Sequence record: NC_061447.1
Strand: one strand, 5' to 3'
DNA length: 64,000 bases
Shown here: in pieces, positions 19,601-28,610 of the stretch
Numbering within the stretch: the first letter of the stretch is position 1
Layout of the letters: every line of letters starts with the position of its first letter
Position numbers and translations under genes: made by a program
The notes under the pieces: model-generated
The model's database searches: none
What the model saw: the letters and a program-made list of their open reading frames with translations, nothing else
Told to the model about the DNA's origin: nothing

Positions 19601-19799
19601 ACAACTCACCTTCTGTGCTACTGAATATCTTGCCGTTACGCAAGTCTTCGGTTGGCATGTGATCGAGGACGAGTAGTGCTTTACCACCTTTAGCGCTTTT
19701 ACTTACGCCTTTTAGTATTCGAACACCGTCGTATGTCTGCTGGTCGGCAAACTGCTCAGGTGGCTCGAAGTCAAAAGCTATATGCTTGATTTTCACCAT
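16638..19799 (-). CDS. polA: Family A DNA polymerase with an N-terminal uracil-DNA-glycosylase-like domain and a 3'-5' exonuclease (1053 aa)
   Basis: Exo I VAVDTETE, Exo II NAKFDL, TGRTSASDPNLQQVP, motif A KVDYSAHEVR, motif B RNAVKTVIFGLIY, NSPVQG, motif C VHDSL. N-terminal LDHMPTEDLRNGKIFSSTEGELF and YKPDYVLTFGKAP resemble family 4 UDG. Confidence 0.95.
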   Translation of the reverse strand: MVKIKHIAFDFEPPEQFADQQTYDGVRILKGVSKSAKGGKALLVLDHMPTEDLRNGKIFSSTEGELFLNQIQYLEDTFPTKTTLDDWNFLVVSYNMFKTYDKGEQFKEDADQAFADRIRDLIVEYKPDYVLTFGKAPFKALNADKIQFSKDHYEHWYGVEIPTKLKHDGKKHSFIHLPNVSYHTVLNPMHISGSSYTLGYMARWMLPWLNKGMRYKIDEVTCGKNRNWDLVYVTKVKQLEKILKRMKRAKKVAVDTETENLNRIKNKILTVQLSDDGKKAYVIPVYHRDSPFSPKELRKVKELFKDFFEENDNKYQIYTNAKFDLNVMRSNFGIRSYAANVWDIQAGEFAFDENAKLLLNVTGNGYYNLANLTMQFGCKVYHEVSFGKEMRATIADVDLDESVQEYAGLDVIVPFRIAAKQMLRANDIKYGKYESMVSEQISDQIHAFSILETTGAGADIDYLFKLNLPNSPINEEIRNVEREFMNSPEVKAANKVICKDDNVPKMGLMGKVEVTKFDMSKSEHKQILFFDVMKLKPLKEGEQLRENGKKTGKLDKDFQAAYADIPLVSLYTKLGKAYKLKNAYVNSLLKLWGESEDFKHDRSIRPTYGYLGVVTGRTSASDPNLQQVPSRSEMGKLIKRILIARKNRLLIKVDYSAHEVRGWSIISGDQGVADVFEQGRKLRHRFRTVPDPWIEHRVEAEGDVHKINAAYFFGIPNVMDVTKSVRNAVKTVIFGLIYQQGDKGLAKSTGREVEEIAEIKGKFLKRFPVGLKWFDKIKKFAHENFFVESPVGRRRHLWGLMLPESHKEANMVHAACDRRAVNSPVQGFGSDLMMSAIRILDRMKYDYWKANGEYPDFDMNVSVHDSLTVDCDYKWIFLALDMIERAMTSAVVEKVQKRHEGFEFTSVPEIDFEIGASEKDVQGWNFSYTQLKKLIKDGLEIKRDELGETDLDVEKTLDSIMEDQYHLMSDWMKKQLWANDIKIRSMDKVNPLTNKDKKNIEEWRAELPKNIKTFEKYKAEEEAKKAAAAGGAPKKIKISKSMLKSALKGIAKK

Positions 19800-19838
19800 C
19801 TAGTCCTATCAGAGTGTATAACACAAATTGATGGCTGT

Positions 19839-19847
19839 TATTTACAG
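19839..19847 (-). promoter_or_regulatory. CTGTAAATA motif (representative; exact copies also at 10541, 16419, 28995, 38273, 39556, 48410, 51286 on minus and 60663 on plus)
   Basis: Nine exact copies, each 6-39 nt upstream of a start codon in the coding orientation. Confidence 0.7.
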
Positions 19848-19859
19848 ATTTAGAAACGA

Positions 19860-19885
19860 GAAAGGGCGGCCGAAGCCACCCTTTT
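19860..19885 (-). terminator. Intrinsic terminator
   Basis: Minus strand AAAGGGTGGC-TTCG-GCCGCCCTTT. Confidence 0.8.
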
Positions 19886-19888
19886 GGA

Positions 19889-20875
19889 TTAAAGTTTACG
19901 CAGACCTTTCTTGATTGCAGCATTAACTTGCGCGGCTGACGGGTCTTTCGTTGCGAACAGATCGATGACGTTCGTGATTGAGTCCAGTTCGCCGAGATGA
20001 ATCTGGACGTTCTGCACTTTCTTCAAGTGGTCAGCGATGAATGTCAGCACCCAGCCTTTCTGTTTCATAACGACAGATACTTCCAGATCCTTGTATGAGA
20101 AGGAGAACTGATTACCTGCAGCACGAAGCAATTTGGCCGCACCAGGAATCGGCTCAACAGCGCGAATAAACTCAGGCGCATATTGGCGGGCAGTCTTGTT
20201 GCGTAAGACAGAATAGGCAGGGTCAAACGTCCGCAGCTTGGTTTTAGCTTTAGGCTTAGACCCAGGAGTACCACCAGTCTGTTTCTGATCTGGGTTCTGT
20301 GTCCACGTCAGACCTTCATCCAGACAGTTCTGGCCGGTAATCGCTTCCTGAATGATGACACGCTTGTTCTTGCCTGTCTCCACGTTGGCTTCGGCTTCAT
20401 CTTCGGTCTTGAACGGACCTTTGATGATAATGTCGTTCGCGTGACGTGTGTGGTCGATGACGTACCACTTGTTGCGTTCGATCTTACCGTTAGCGTCAAC
20501 AGTGTTCGAGCGCACAGGGCGAGTCGTCTTAGCAGGAGCGTTCTGCTGGATAGCGACAGGCTTCATCTTGATTGCGCGAAGACCATTGATGGTAGCCACC
20601 AGCGTTTTGGCCTTATACAGGTTCTTCATCGCGGTGACCAGAGACTTACCAGCAGCTTTCTTGGCGAAGGCCGTAGTAGCATCTGCATCGTTCAGCAGGT
20701 CGAGCACAGCAGACAGCTTTGCAGTGTCCAGCTCTTTAATCTTCACCAGCTCGTCAATCTTCTTGACGATCAGTTTCGCGTTCTTGCCAAAGAGAATCTC
20801 GGCGTTAGCGATCTGCTTTTTATTTGCAGCAGAGACTGACACCACAGCGCCAGATGGGAGAGTGATTTCGTGCAT
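19889..20875 (-). CDS. Basic Lys/Ala-rich protein, probable virion or DNA-binding protein (328 aa)
   Basis: AAGG RBS; K/A-rich; N-terminus MHEITLPSGAVVSVSAA carries the S-x-S-A leader motif. Confidence 0.75.
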   Translation of the reverse strand: MHEITLPSGAVVSVSAANKKQIANAEILFGKNAKLIVKKIDELVKIKELDTAKLSAVLDLLNDADATTAFAKKAAGKSLVTAMKNLYKAKTLVATINGLRAIKMKPVAIQQNAPAKTTRPVRSNTVDANGKIERNKWYVIDHTRHANDIIIKGPFKTEDEAEANVETGKNKRVIIQEAITGQNCLDEGLTWTQNPDQKQTGGTPGSKPKAKTKLRTFDPAYSVLRNKTARQYAPEFIRAVEPIPGAAKLLRAAGNQFSFSYKDLEVSVVMKQKGWVLTFIADHLKKVQNVQIHLGELDSITNVIDLFATKDPSAAQVNAAIKKGLRKL

Positions 20876-20884
20876 TGCTGTTCC

Positions 20885-21436
20885 TTATCGTTTCTTAGTC
20901 CAGTTGTTCTGCTTAACTGGAGTTGGTGAAGTATTCTCTTCCGTGATGCCGTCTGCGTCGTCTTCTTCCTCTTCCTCGACGTCATCCACTTCTGGCTCAG
21001 GCTGTGCTTCCTGGACAGGTGTGGTGTTGAGTACAGACGCAGCGATTGGTGCCTGTGACACTGTGTTTACAGTAGCAACAGGCTCGGCTTCGGCAGCTTT
21101 ACGAGCTTCTGCCACTTCACCTACAGCGTGTGCATGAACGAGATCAGTAGTCAGCAGCGCACCCTTCTCTTTCAGGATTGCATCTGCTTTCTCTTGATCC
21201 CACTGATCCCAGATAATGTCCAGAGACTTAAAGCCCCAGTTCATGCCTTTCGGCAGCTTACCGCGACCGTTGAACGGCAGACCGTTTGAAGGAGTAGCTG
21301 GCTCGAACTCGTCCATCATCTCCCACTTACGTTTTGCCTCGATACACTTAGGTCCCCAGACGCCATCACACGCACCGTCATAGAGACCGAGCATGGTCAT
21401 GATGACCTGGAGCTTCTGATAGAACTTGTTCAGCAT
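20885..21436 (-). CDS. Protein with an N-terminal peptidoglycan-binding (PG_binding_1-like) domain and an acidic tail (183 aa)
   Basis: KLQVIMTMLGLYDGACDGVWGPKCIEAKRKWE fits LQ..L..LG.Y.G..DG.FG..T..A...FQ. No catalytic domain recognised. Confidence 0.65.
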   Translation of the reverse strand: MLNKFYQKLQVIMTMLGLYDGACDGVWGPKCIEAKRKWEMMDEFEPATPSNGLPFNGRGKLPKGMNWGFKSLDIIWDQWDQEKADAILKEKGALLTTDLVHAHAVGEVAEARKAAEAEPVATVNTVSQAPIAASVLNTTPVQEAQPEPEVDDVEEEEEDDADGITEENTSPTPVKQNNWTKKR

Positions 21437-21452
21437 GGTGAGTCCTCACATG

Positions 21453-21481
21453 AAAGGAGGGGCCGAAGCCCCTTACCTTTT
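21453..21481 (-). terminator. Intrinsic terminator after the SNF2 gene
   Basis: Minus strand AGGGGC-TTCG-GCCCCT within a longer AAAGG...CCTTT stem. Confidence 0.75.
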
Positions 21482-24400
21482 AGACTGATTTGTTTTTCGA
21501 CATGGTCAGTTTCAACTTGTCGAGCGCAGTAGTGACCTTCTTAATGTTCGTGATGTTGTAGCCTGCTTTCACGATCTTATTGATACGTGCTTTCGCAGTA
21601 GCCACATTCTTCACGAAGCCAATCCACATGCCAGGCGACAGGTCGAACGTACCGAACTTACGAGTGTTCGGGATTTTCGTACCGACGAAGCGTTTCATCT
21701 GCGGGTTGGTTTTCAGGTCGAACATAATACGCAGTCGGTCTTCCATGATCATCGGGTATGCCTTGACGTGTTTCTTATCAGAGGCAGACTTGTGTTTCAC
21801 GAGGAAGAACTTCGGCAGTTGCTCCTGACCTTTCGTAGCCAGTTTGACGTTGAAGCCCATACGCGGCGTAGACTCGTCGAAGAAGTCCAGTACGAACTCC
21901 AGACGTTTCTCGGATGGTTTGTCGAATGCCAGTTTCTTCTTAACCTCGATGAAGTCAAGCATGGCCTCGAAGTCCGAGTAGTACACGCAGTCGTAATAAA
22001 CGTAATCGCCGAACTCAACGAAGTCGAATGCCTTGAGTGCTTCTGCATCAGGGTCAGTCGCGTTCGCATACAGCGCAACGAATCCGTTATACACGGTAGG
22101 AGTCAGGTCCATCGCCATATCAGCACCAGTAGCTTCGGCCACAGCTTTAGCACCAGGCTTCATGCGAGTCGTGGTGTTAGCCAGAGGAGGCAGGTCTGCA
22201 ACCTTACGACGGCGAACTTTCTTGGCAGCTTCTTCAACACCTTCGTTGATTGGCTTACCAGTCTTTTTGTTCTCCACACGCTTGGCCACGCGAGCAGCTT
22301 TACGCTCTTGCGCTTCGACTTTCTTCTCTGTCTGCTTGGTGTCAGCCGTCTGCGTTTCATCAGCAACAGTGTCTTCGACTTCAACACGGTTAGCTTCGGC
22401 ATTAGCACGTTTGCGATCTTTCTCGTTCGCCCATGCCTTACGCGCCTCGAAGAAACGTTTCAGATCGTTCTTGTCTACCTTCGTAGCAATGTGAACTTTC
22501 GTCGCAGGAACTGCAACGGTTTCACCAGAGCCAGCCAGACGAACACGAACGGTACTGATAGGACTGTCACCACGCAGCTTACCATCGACCATACGAACAG
22601 TCACAGACACGACAACGCCGTTACCGAACTCAGTCACGACAGGTGCACGATTCAGAGAATCTTTCAGCCCTTCGCCGCTGGTGAAGTTACGGTTACGCGC
22701 CCAATCCAGAAGACGCTCAGTGCCCCAGCCGTTACGGTCTGGAATCTTCTGGTTCGCAACAAGCGGCGTCTGCTCCATCACACGGAAGTCAGTCAGAGCT
22801 GGCGTTGACGGCAGTGCTTGCATTGCAGCAATAGTCGTCTTACGCATCTCCTGGAACTCCTGCGATTCGATATCGTTAAGATCACGTTTCGCGAGGAAGT
22901 ATGGAGCAAAGTCTTCCATTGTGTTGTTGTCGATCAGCAGCTTCGCACTCATTTTGATTGGGTCCAGTTTATACTGGTCGAGTGCTTCGTAACGCTGGTT
23001 GCCTTTCTCGTCGAAGCGAGTCTTCTCCAGGGTCTTCCACATCAGACGTGCAACCTTACCAACTTCTAAGGTCTTGTTCGTCATAACCCAGTCGATGAAC
23101 ACAACTTCACGAGCCATGTCACCTGGCTTACCATTCTCGTCCAGCTTCGCCGCAGCAACGTCAGGACGGAAGATACGCGCAGTAGACTGGTCGTAGGTAC
23201 CAGGTGACCACGGAGTATCGCAGCGGATGATACGGCTACCCATCTGCATGTTGTGGCCTTCGGAGATCGCTTGTTCGTTCGCAATCAGAATCTGAACGTT
23301 CGGGTCAGTTTTGAAAGCGTCGAGGTTAGCGTCTTTGTTCTGGCCGAGCTTACCAACTTCACCGTGATACACTACAGCAACTTTCTTATAGTTGGCTGGC
23401 AGTGCATTGTAGATGGCGTTAGCAGCGCGAACATAACGAGTGAAGACAATCAGCTTGCCTTGCACCTCAGGCTTCCAGTAGTCTGGATCGTCTGGAGGTG
23501 GAACCATTGAAGGCGGCAGCGCTTGACGCTTGAACTCTTCGGACTGCTTACGTGCCAGATACTTCTGACCGTTGTAGACAGCAATGTCCAGTTCACGCGG
23601 CTCTACGCCAGGCTTCCATTCGAAGATCTGCTGTTCGCCGATCAGATGGTCACGCTCAGGCTGCACTTCGAAGTGCTTGCGAATACGGTCGATGATGGTC
23701 AACACTTTCGCAGAAACGAAGTTGGTAACGCCTGCGGCTTCAAACGTCAGACGAGCAACGTCATCACCCATAGGGTCAGTCAGCATCATTTCCATACGCT
23801 GGAAGTACATGTTCAGGTCAGCGTTACTCGCTAACAATGCACCCAGGTCATCGCCTTCTTCGATTTCGTCTTCGTCGATATCCGATGTGGAATCACCATC
23901 ACCACCAGCTTCGTCGTCATCGTCGTCGCCACCGCCACTTTTCTTCTTGGCGTTCTTGGCCGCTTCGTCCAGCTTCTCCAGAACTTCCGCGTACATTGCG
24001 TTGTACACTTCCTGGTGAAGCGCAGAGTTAGGCACTGACGGATCATCGATCTCAACCTGGATGAAGGTATCAATCGGGTTCGGCAGCATGAACGCCCAGT
24101 GCTTACGCTTGAACGAGATGAACGCCGTATGGTTAGCCATACGTGAGTGCGCACGACGAATCATTTCGATATCATCTTTCGCGCCATCATACGCAACGTC
24201 CAGTGAATCACCGAACATAGCAGGCGTCATCAGTGCAGCCTGACCAACGATATCACGCACACGGTCAGTTACCAGTGTACCAGTAGCGATACGTGCATAG
24301 CGAACGGACGGAGCAGTGAAGACCGCTTTGGTGTTGAAGTGAACCTGAGAGCCAGCCTGACCGCCAGAGAAGTTCTTCACTTTGTGGGACTCGTCGAGCA

Positions 24401-27326
24401 ACACATAGCTGAACTTGAAGCGGTTAACGAACTCAACAGCACCACGCACACGAACACGCACACCGCCGATATCAACGTTGAACGTACCAGTTTGCAGATA
24501 GCTCAGGCCGACGATGAAGATTGTGTTACGAGGTGACTGAGAGATCACATCGTACATGCGTTCTTCGCCCCACGTGTTCACGGTGTCAGCAGTAATTGGT
24601 ACTGCGTTCCAGCCATCAACGATTTTGTGGAGGTCGTCACACCAGTTCGCTACGAGGTTAGACGGACAGATGATCAGAGGACGAATGCCTTCTTCACCCA
24701 AGTCGTCCAGCTCTTTGATAGTAGCCGCGATATCAGTCAGGCCGATAATCGTTTTACCACCGCCAGGCGCGATAAAGATTGTTGCAAAGCGTGGACGACG
24801 ACGCAGAGTTTTGTGCGCTTCGACCTGATGCGGCAGTAATGCTGCACCATCTTTCAGACCAGGGATACGGATATCATCAATGGTGATACCGCTGTCTGGT
24901 TTCAGACGTTCAATCTCAGTCTCAGCCGATTCGAAAATCTCAAGAGACTTAGGAATCACATCGCTGTACATGGTAGCGAATGGCAGAATGATTTGTTGCA
25001 GACGGCCAGAGCCTGGAGCTTGATCAGATTCGATCAGAGAGCTAAACAGTTTCTTACGGTCAGCGCGAACCAGAGACTGTGCCATTTCACGATACAACGC
25101 ACCACCGAAGTAGTTGTTGAGGCGTGCCATGTCAGAAAGTTTGGACTTCTCACCCATTACGAAGTAGTGAGTGTGCGACGGCAGAGATTCGGTCGCGGCC
25201 ATGATGCTGCCCATCTCATTGAGAGAGGTTGCAATCAGGTTAGAACCACGCAGACCAGCAGCGTCGTTCATCACACGAATCATAATGCGCAGCATAGTCA
25301 GAGCAGGACGCTCGTTTGACATATCAGGCACTGAGAAGTCGTTGGCGATCAGGTTTTCGTACAGGCCGTTATCCATCGGGCTTTCGGACAGCGCAGCGTT
25401 CTCTGCATCCATACCGATAGCTTTACGCGCATTCTCCACCAGCGTTTTCAGGTCAGGAACTTGTTTGTTCTTGAGCATGAACTCGTAGGTCTGGCAGGTC
25501 TGTGCGATGATGTTCAGCAACTCGGGCAGATTAGAACCATCGGTGGAGTTGTACTTGATAGTGGATTCACTCACACTCTCAATCAACTTGCCTGAACCAG
25601 ATTCAACCTTAGCGGCTTCAATCATCGTGTCATACGACGGACGATACAGAGCCATACCACCAGACGCCTGATTGTGATAGATGTTACCAATCACGTTCGA
25701 GGCAGAACGGAAGTTAGGTGCTTCACCCGGCTCTGCGAAGTCGTAGCCTAAAGCATCTGCAACATCCAGAGAGTTAGGAGACTTCATGCCGACAGTACGA
25801 GTTTCGTTAACGGCCAGGCCGCCACCGTTTGAGGTGTTTACGATCAGCGAGAAGTCAGGGTCGATACCGATACACACATCGCTGAAACGCGACAGAGATT
25901 TCGACTTAGCCTGCACTTCACGGTCAAAGTCCAGATTGTTGTTCTGGATTGCGAACATGTTGGTACGCAGGGTGTCGTGCTCAGTAGACAACGGAATACC
26001 TTTTTCGAACAGGTCTTCGAGGACGGTGTTCAAGGTTGTTTCGTATGTCTTCACCATTTCGATATCAATATCTTCACGGCGAGGCAGCACAGCCATTGTA
26101 CCATTCGGCATGATAGTCATACCGTGCTCGTCAGCCACAACGTCGTTCACCACGTAGCCGAACTTCTCACGCAGCTTTTTCAGTTCAGGCAGCGTGGTAG
26201 CAGAGGTCACGTAACGAGGAATACGTGCAGCACGAGTGATACCAGTACGAGTTGAGTTAGCAACACGGAAGTAGTAGCTCGCCCAGCCCTGGAACCAACG
26301 ATACAGACACATGGCCTGAGTATCAGCGCCCTGAGAGATGTACTCAACCATCTCTTTTTCGAAGTTAACAATCAGGCCACCTTCAACGCGAACGTCGGTT
26401 GCCAGTGCTACTTCGTTGAACTCGACTGGAGTGTCGTGACTGATCTTCATCGCCTGGATCTTACGATCAATCATCGCTTTACCTGGGATAGAGCGAATGC
26501 CGATAGTCATGAAGTCACCAAGACCATCAACCACAGCTTTATCCAGATTGCGGAACAGATCGATATCAATCGTGTTCATCAGAGGATGGATAGAACGCAG
26601 AGCAGCGTTATACACAGACCAGTCTTTATCCAGAGGGATACGGATCATCTTGGTGTCGAACGCATTGCTGTTACTGCGGTCAACGCCGAAGATATCTTTG
26701 TAGATGGTCTTCGCCACACGAATAGCAGACTGCGCTACTTCGGAGCTGTAGGTACGCAGGTTAGCGCTTTCGAAGTTCGCGTCTTTATCAACACGAGGAC
26801 GGTCGCTACCCTGATTGTTCAGGACGTTGAAGTTACCGTTCGATGCCAGCGGACTAGTCGGGCACGGAGTACCAGACATGATGATATCTTTACCGCCAGG
26901 GAAGCGCGTACTGTTTTCGATGATCGCACCAGATGACGCAGACAGGTGTTCGGCCAGAGCGGTCTTAATCTCACGGCTCAGCTTGTCACCGTTCAACATC
27001 ATATTGATTTTCAGCGAGGACGCTTCGATGTTGTTTTTGATACGCTTAACGAAGTCATCAGGAGAGACCTCGATCATATCTTCGAACTCTGCACCGTTGA
27101 TAACGATGTAGTTGATCAGGTCGAATGCCGCATAGATGCGAGCAACGGTAGACGCCGTGAACACTGCGAGAGTTTCGTAGTTACGGCGCGACTTCCCTGT
27201 GGCATACATCTTCGCCGTTTTGGCGTCGAACTCGGGCGGCAACGGACGAACAGAAAGTGCCTGATTGAACGTATCGGCAATTTGCTGTGTCGCGGTTGCT
27301 GACATACTAATAATCTGATTCATCAT
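21480..27326 (-). CDS. Giant SNF2/SWI2-family helicase-like protein (1948 aa)
   Basis: LLPHQ, IAPGGGKT, IICPSNLVANW, LLDESH, ATGT, KLIVFTRY, AISEGHNMQ, DTPWSPGTYDQSTARIFR (SNF2 motifs I-VI), with about 800 aa of unassigned N-terminal sequence. Confidence 0.9.
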   Translation of the reverse strand: MMNQIISMSATATQQIADTFNQALSVRPLPPEFDAKTAKMYATGKSRRNYETLAVFTASTVARIYAAFDLINYIVINGAEFEDMIEVSPDDFVKRIKNNIEASSLKINMMLNGDKLSREIKTALAEHLSASSGAIIENSTRFPGGKDIIMSGTPCPTSPLASNGNFNVLNNQGSDRPRVDKDANFESANLRTYSSEVAQSAIRVAKTIYKDIFGVDRSNSNAFDTKMIRIPLDKDWSVYNAALRSIHPLMNTIDIDLFRNLDKAVVDGLGDFMTIGIRSIPGKAMIDRKIQAMKISHDTPVEFNEVALATDVRVEGGLIVNFEKEMVEYISQGADTQAMCLYRWFQGWASYYFRVANSTRTGITRAARIPRYVTSATTLPELKKLREKFGYVVNDVVADEHGMTIMPNGTMAVLPRREDIDIEMVKTYETTLNTVLEDLFEKGIPLSTEHDTLRTNMFAIQNNNLDFDREVQAKSKSLSRFSDVCIGIDPDFSLIVNTSNGGGLAVNETRTVGMKSPNSLDVADALGYDFAEPGEAPNFRSASNVIGNIYHNQASGGMALYRPSYDTMIEAAKVESGSGKLIESVSESTIKYNSTDGSNLPELLNIIAQTCQTYEFMLKNKQVPDLKTLVENARKAIGMDAENAALSESPMDNGLYENLIANDFSVPDMSNERPALTMLRIMIRVMNDAAGLRGSNLIATSLNEMGSIMAATESLPSHTHYFVMGEKSKLSDMARLNNYFGGALYREMAQSLVRADRKKLFSSLIESDQAPGSGRLQQIILPFATMYSDVIPKSLEIFESAETEIERLKPDSGITIDDIRIPGLKDGAALLPHQVEAHKTLRRRPRFATIFIAPGGGKTIIGLTDIAATIKELDDLGEEGIRPLIICPSNLVANWCDDLHKIVDGWNAVPITADTVNTWGEERMYDVISQSPRNTIFIVGLSYLQTGTFNVDIGGVRVRVRGAVEFVNRFKFSYVLLDESHKVKNFSGGQAGSQVHFNTKAVFTAPSVRYARIATGTLVTDRVRDIVGQAALMTPAMFGDSLDVAYDGAKDDIEMIRRAHSRMANHTAFISFKRKHWAFMLPNPIDTFIQVEIDDPSVPNSALHQEVYNAMYAEVLEKLDEAAKNAKKKSGGGDDDDDEAGGDGDSTSDIDEDEIEEGDDLGALLASNADLNMYFQRMEMMLTDPMGDDVARLTFEAAGVTNFVSAKVLTIIDRIRKHFEVQPERDHLIGEQQIFEWKPGVEPRELDIAVYNGQKYLARKQSEEFKRQALPPSMVPPPDDPDYWKPEVQGKLIVFTRYVRAANAIYNALPANYKKVAVVYHGEVGKLGQNKDANLDAFKTDPNVQILIANEQAISEGHNMQMGSRIIRCDTPWSPGTYDQSTARIFRPDVAAAKLDENGKPGDMAREVVFIDWVMTNKTLEVGKVARLMWKTLEKTRFDEKGNQRYEALDQYKLDPIKMSAKLLIDNNTMEDFAPYFLAKRDLNDIESQEFQEMRKTTIAAMQALPSTPALTDFRVMEQTPLVANQKIPDRNGWGTERLLDWARNRNFTSGEGLKDSLNRAPVVTEFGNGVVVSVTVRMVDGKLRGDSPISTVRVRLAGSGETVAVPATKVHIATKVDKNDLKRFFEARKAWANEKDRKRANAEANRVEVEDTVADETQTADTKQTEKKVEAQERKAARVAKRVENKKTGKPINEGVEEAAKKVRRRKVADLPPLANTTTRMKPGAKAVAEATGADMAMDLTPTVYNGFVALYANATDPDAEALKAFDFVEFGDYVYYDCVYYSDFEAMLDFIEVKKKLAFDKPSEKRLEFVLDFFDESTPRMGFNVKLATKGQEQLPKFFLVKHKSASDKKHVKAYPMIMEDRLRIMFDLKTNPQMKRFVGTKIPNTRKFGTFDLSPGMWIGFVKNVATAKARINKIVKAGYNITNIKKVTTALDKLKLTMSKNKSV

Positions 27327-27817
27327 TCACCCAGTTTAGTATAGTTGTCAATCACAGACTGCCACACGCTTGGAACAGGCAAGCGACGGTCGGCGGCGAT
27401 ATCTGATAGCACTACGGCCAGAGCGTAGGCCCGAAGAGGATCAAGCCCTTCGAACTTATCGCGCGTAAACACAGACGTGAGTTGTTCATTGGTCAGTGTC
27501 TGGTATTGAATGCGATACTCTGCAACGTAAGCGCGATACTTACCGTCATCAACAGGTACGGTATCAGGCATATTCTGAATGAACAGCAATGCTTTTGCAA
27601 GAGCGTCCATAATCAGAAGCAGGTCTTCCTGATCGTACGGAGTGATATCAGGCACATTAGAACGGCCAAGCAGTTCGAGAACTGACTCAGGCAATTCAAT
27701 AGGCGTTCTCGCCTCAGAAATGGACTTCATGATTCCACCAGCAGCATTTGCGTATCGCTTATCGCTCTGCGCAATGCCAGCAAGCAGAGAATGAAGCCGC
27801 GAGTTTACGTCAATCAC
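27323..27817 (-). CDS. Hypothetical protein (164 aa)
   Basis: Start moved to GTG 27817 (MIDVNSRL) behind AGGAG. The longer track ORF overlaps the upstream gene. Confidence 0.7.
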   Translation of the reverse strand: MIDVNSRLHSLLAGIAQSDKRYANAAGGIMKSISEARTPIELPESVLELLGRSNVPDITPYDQEDLLLIMDALAKALLFIQNMPDTVPVDDGKYRAYVAEYRIQYQTLTNEQLTSVFTRDKFEGLDPLRAYALAVVLSDIAADRRLPVPSVWQSVIDNYTKLGE

Positions 27818-27827
27818 GGTTCTTCTC

Positions 27828-28610
27828 CTAAATAAAAATGCTCTTGACCAGAGTGTTGAGCCTCTTCTCCACAGCATGACGTTTGTACGAGGACAGGAAG
27901 CAACACAGTCTGCGTGATTGAAGATGCAGCGCAATCGCGTTACCCTTAACTCGCATACAGTCAACTCCCAAATCAATATTCCAAGGATGCCAAGCACGAG
28001 GCGAGAGCATCGCTTGTTGAATCGGAGGATAAGTGTCCGGCACAACAGGCAGGGGAGACTTTGCCAGTTTCATGGTCAAATTATCAGTTTTGAACAAAGC
28101 CTTTGGCTGTTTGCTCGAAAACCAGTACGGAACCTGCTTGTGGAGTATCTCTCCGACTTTCGGAATACCACCACGAGTTGTCTGCGGTACGTACACCAGA
28201 TAGATATCGATCGTGGTGTTGATGCAGTTTGCCACACGGTTATAGTCACTGTTGGTGCGACTATACACGTCAGCCAGACGAAACTTATTGCTGAACTCAA
28301 TACGTTGCAGCCACTGTTTCAGATCACGGTGCTGTAGCTTGAGCAGAGCTTTGGCCTGTTCGAGAGAATGCTTGGTGACAGGCGGCACTGGACGTAACAG
28401 GAACTGCGTACTGGTCTTAGCGAGAGAAGACAGGAAGCCTTCTACGACACGCTGCATACCAAGAGGTTGAGGCAGAGAGTGGAACAGGTCAACCGCTGTT
28501 TGCGTTGTGATATACGCACCCCAAGCCTCGATGTACTCAGGCTCAACGCAGTCAGGGAAGTTGCGTAGGTCCAAGCCAACATCTGAGCCATATGATTTCA
28601 AACGACTCAC
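27828..28610 (-). CDS. Hypothetical protein (260 aa)
   Basis: GAGG RBS, coupled to the HNH gene. Confidence 0.7.
   Translation of the reverse strand: MSRLKSYGSDVGLDLRNFPDCVEPEYIEAWGAYITTQTAVDLFHSLPQPLGMQRVVEGFLSSLAKTSTQFLLRPVPPVTKHSLEQAKALLKLQHRDLKQWLQRIEFSNKFRLADVYSRTNSDYNRVANCINTTIDIYLVYVPQTTRGGIPKVGEILHKQVPYWFSSKQPKALFKTDNLTMKLAKSPLPVVPDTYPPIQQAMLSPRAWHPWNIDLGVDCMRVKGNAIALHLQSRRLCCFLSSYKRHAVEKRLNTLVKSIFI

Noticed and set aside
27818-28045. N-terminal extensions in the ORF track (also 4553-4627, 7656-7730, 44588-44719, 49187-49249, 55072-55128, 60167-60295)
   Set aside because: They overlap upstream genes or terminators, and downstream starts have clear Shine-Dalgarno sequences.
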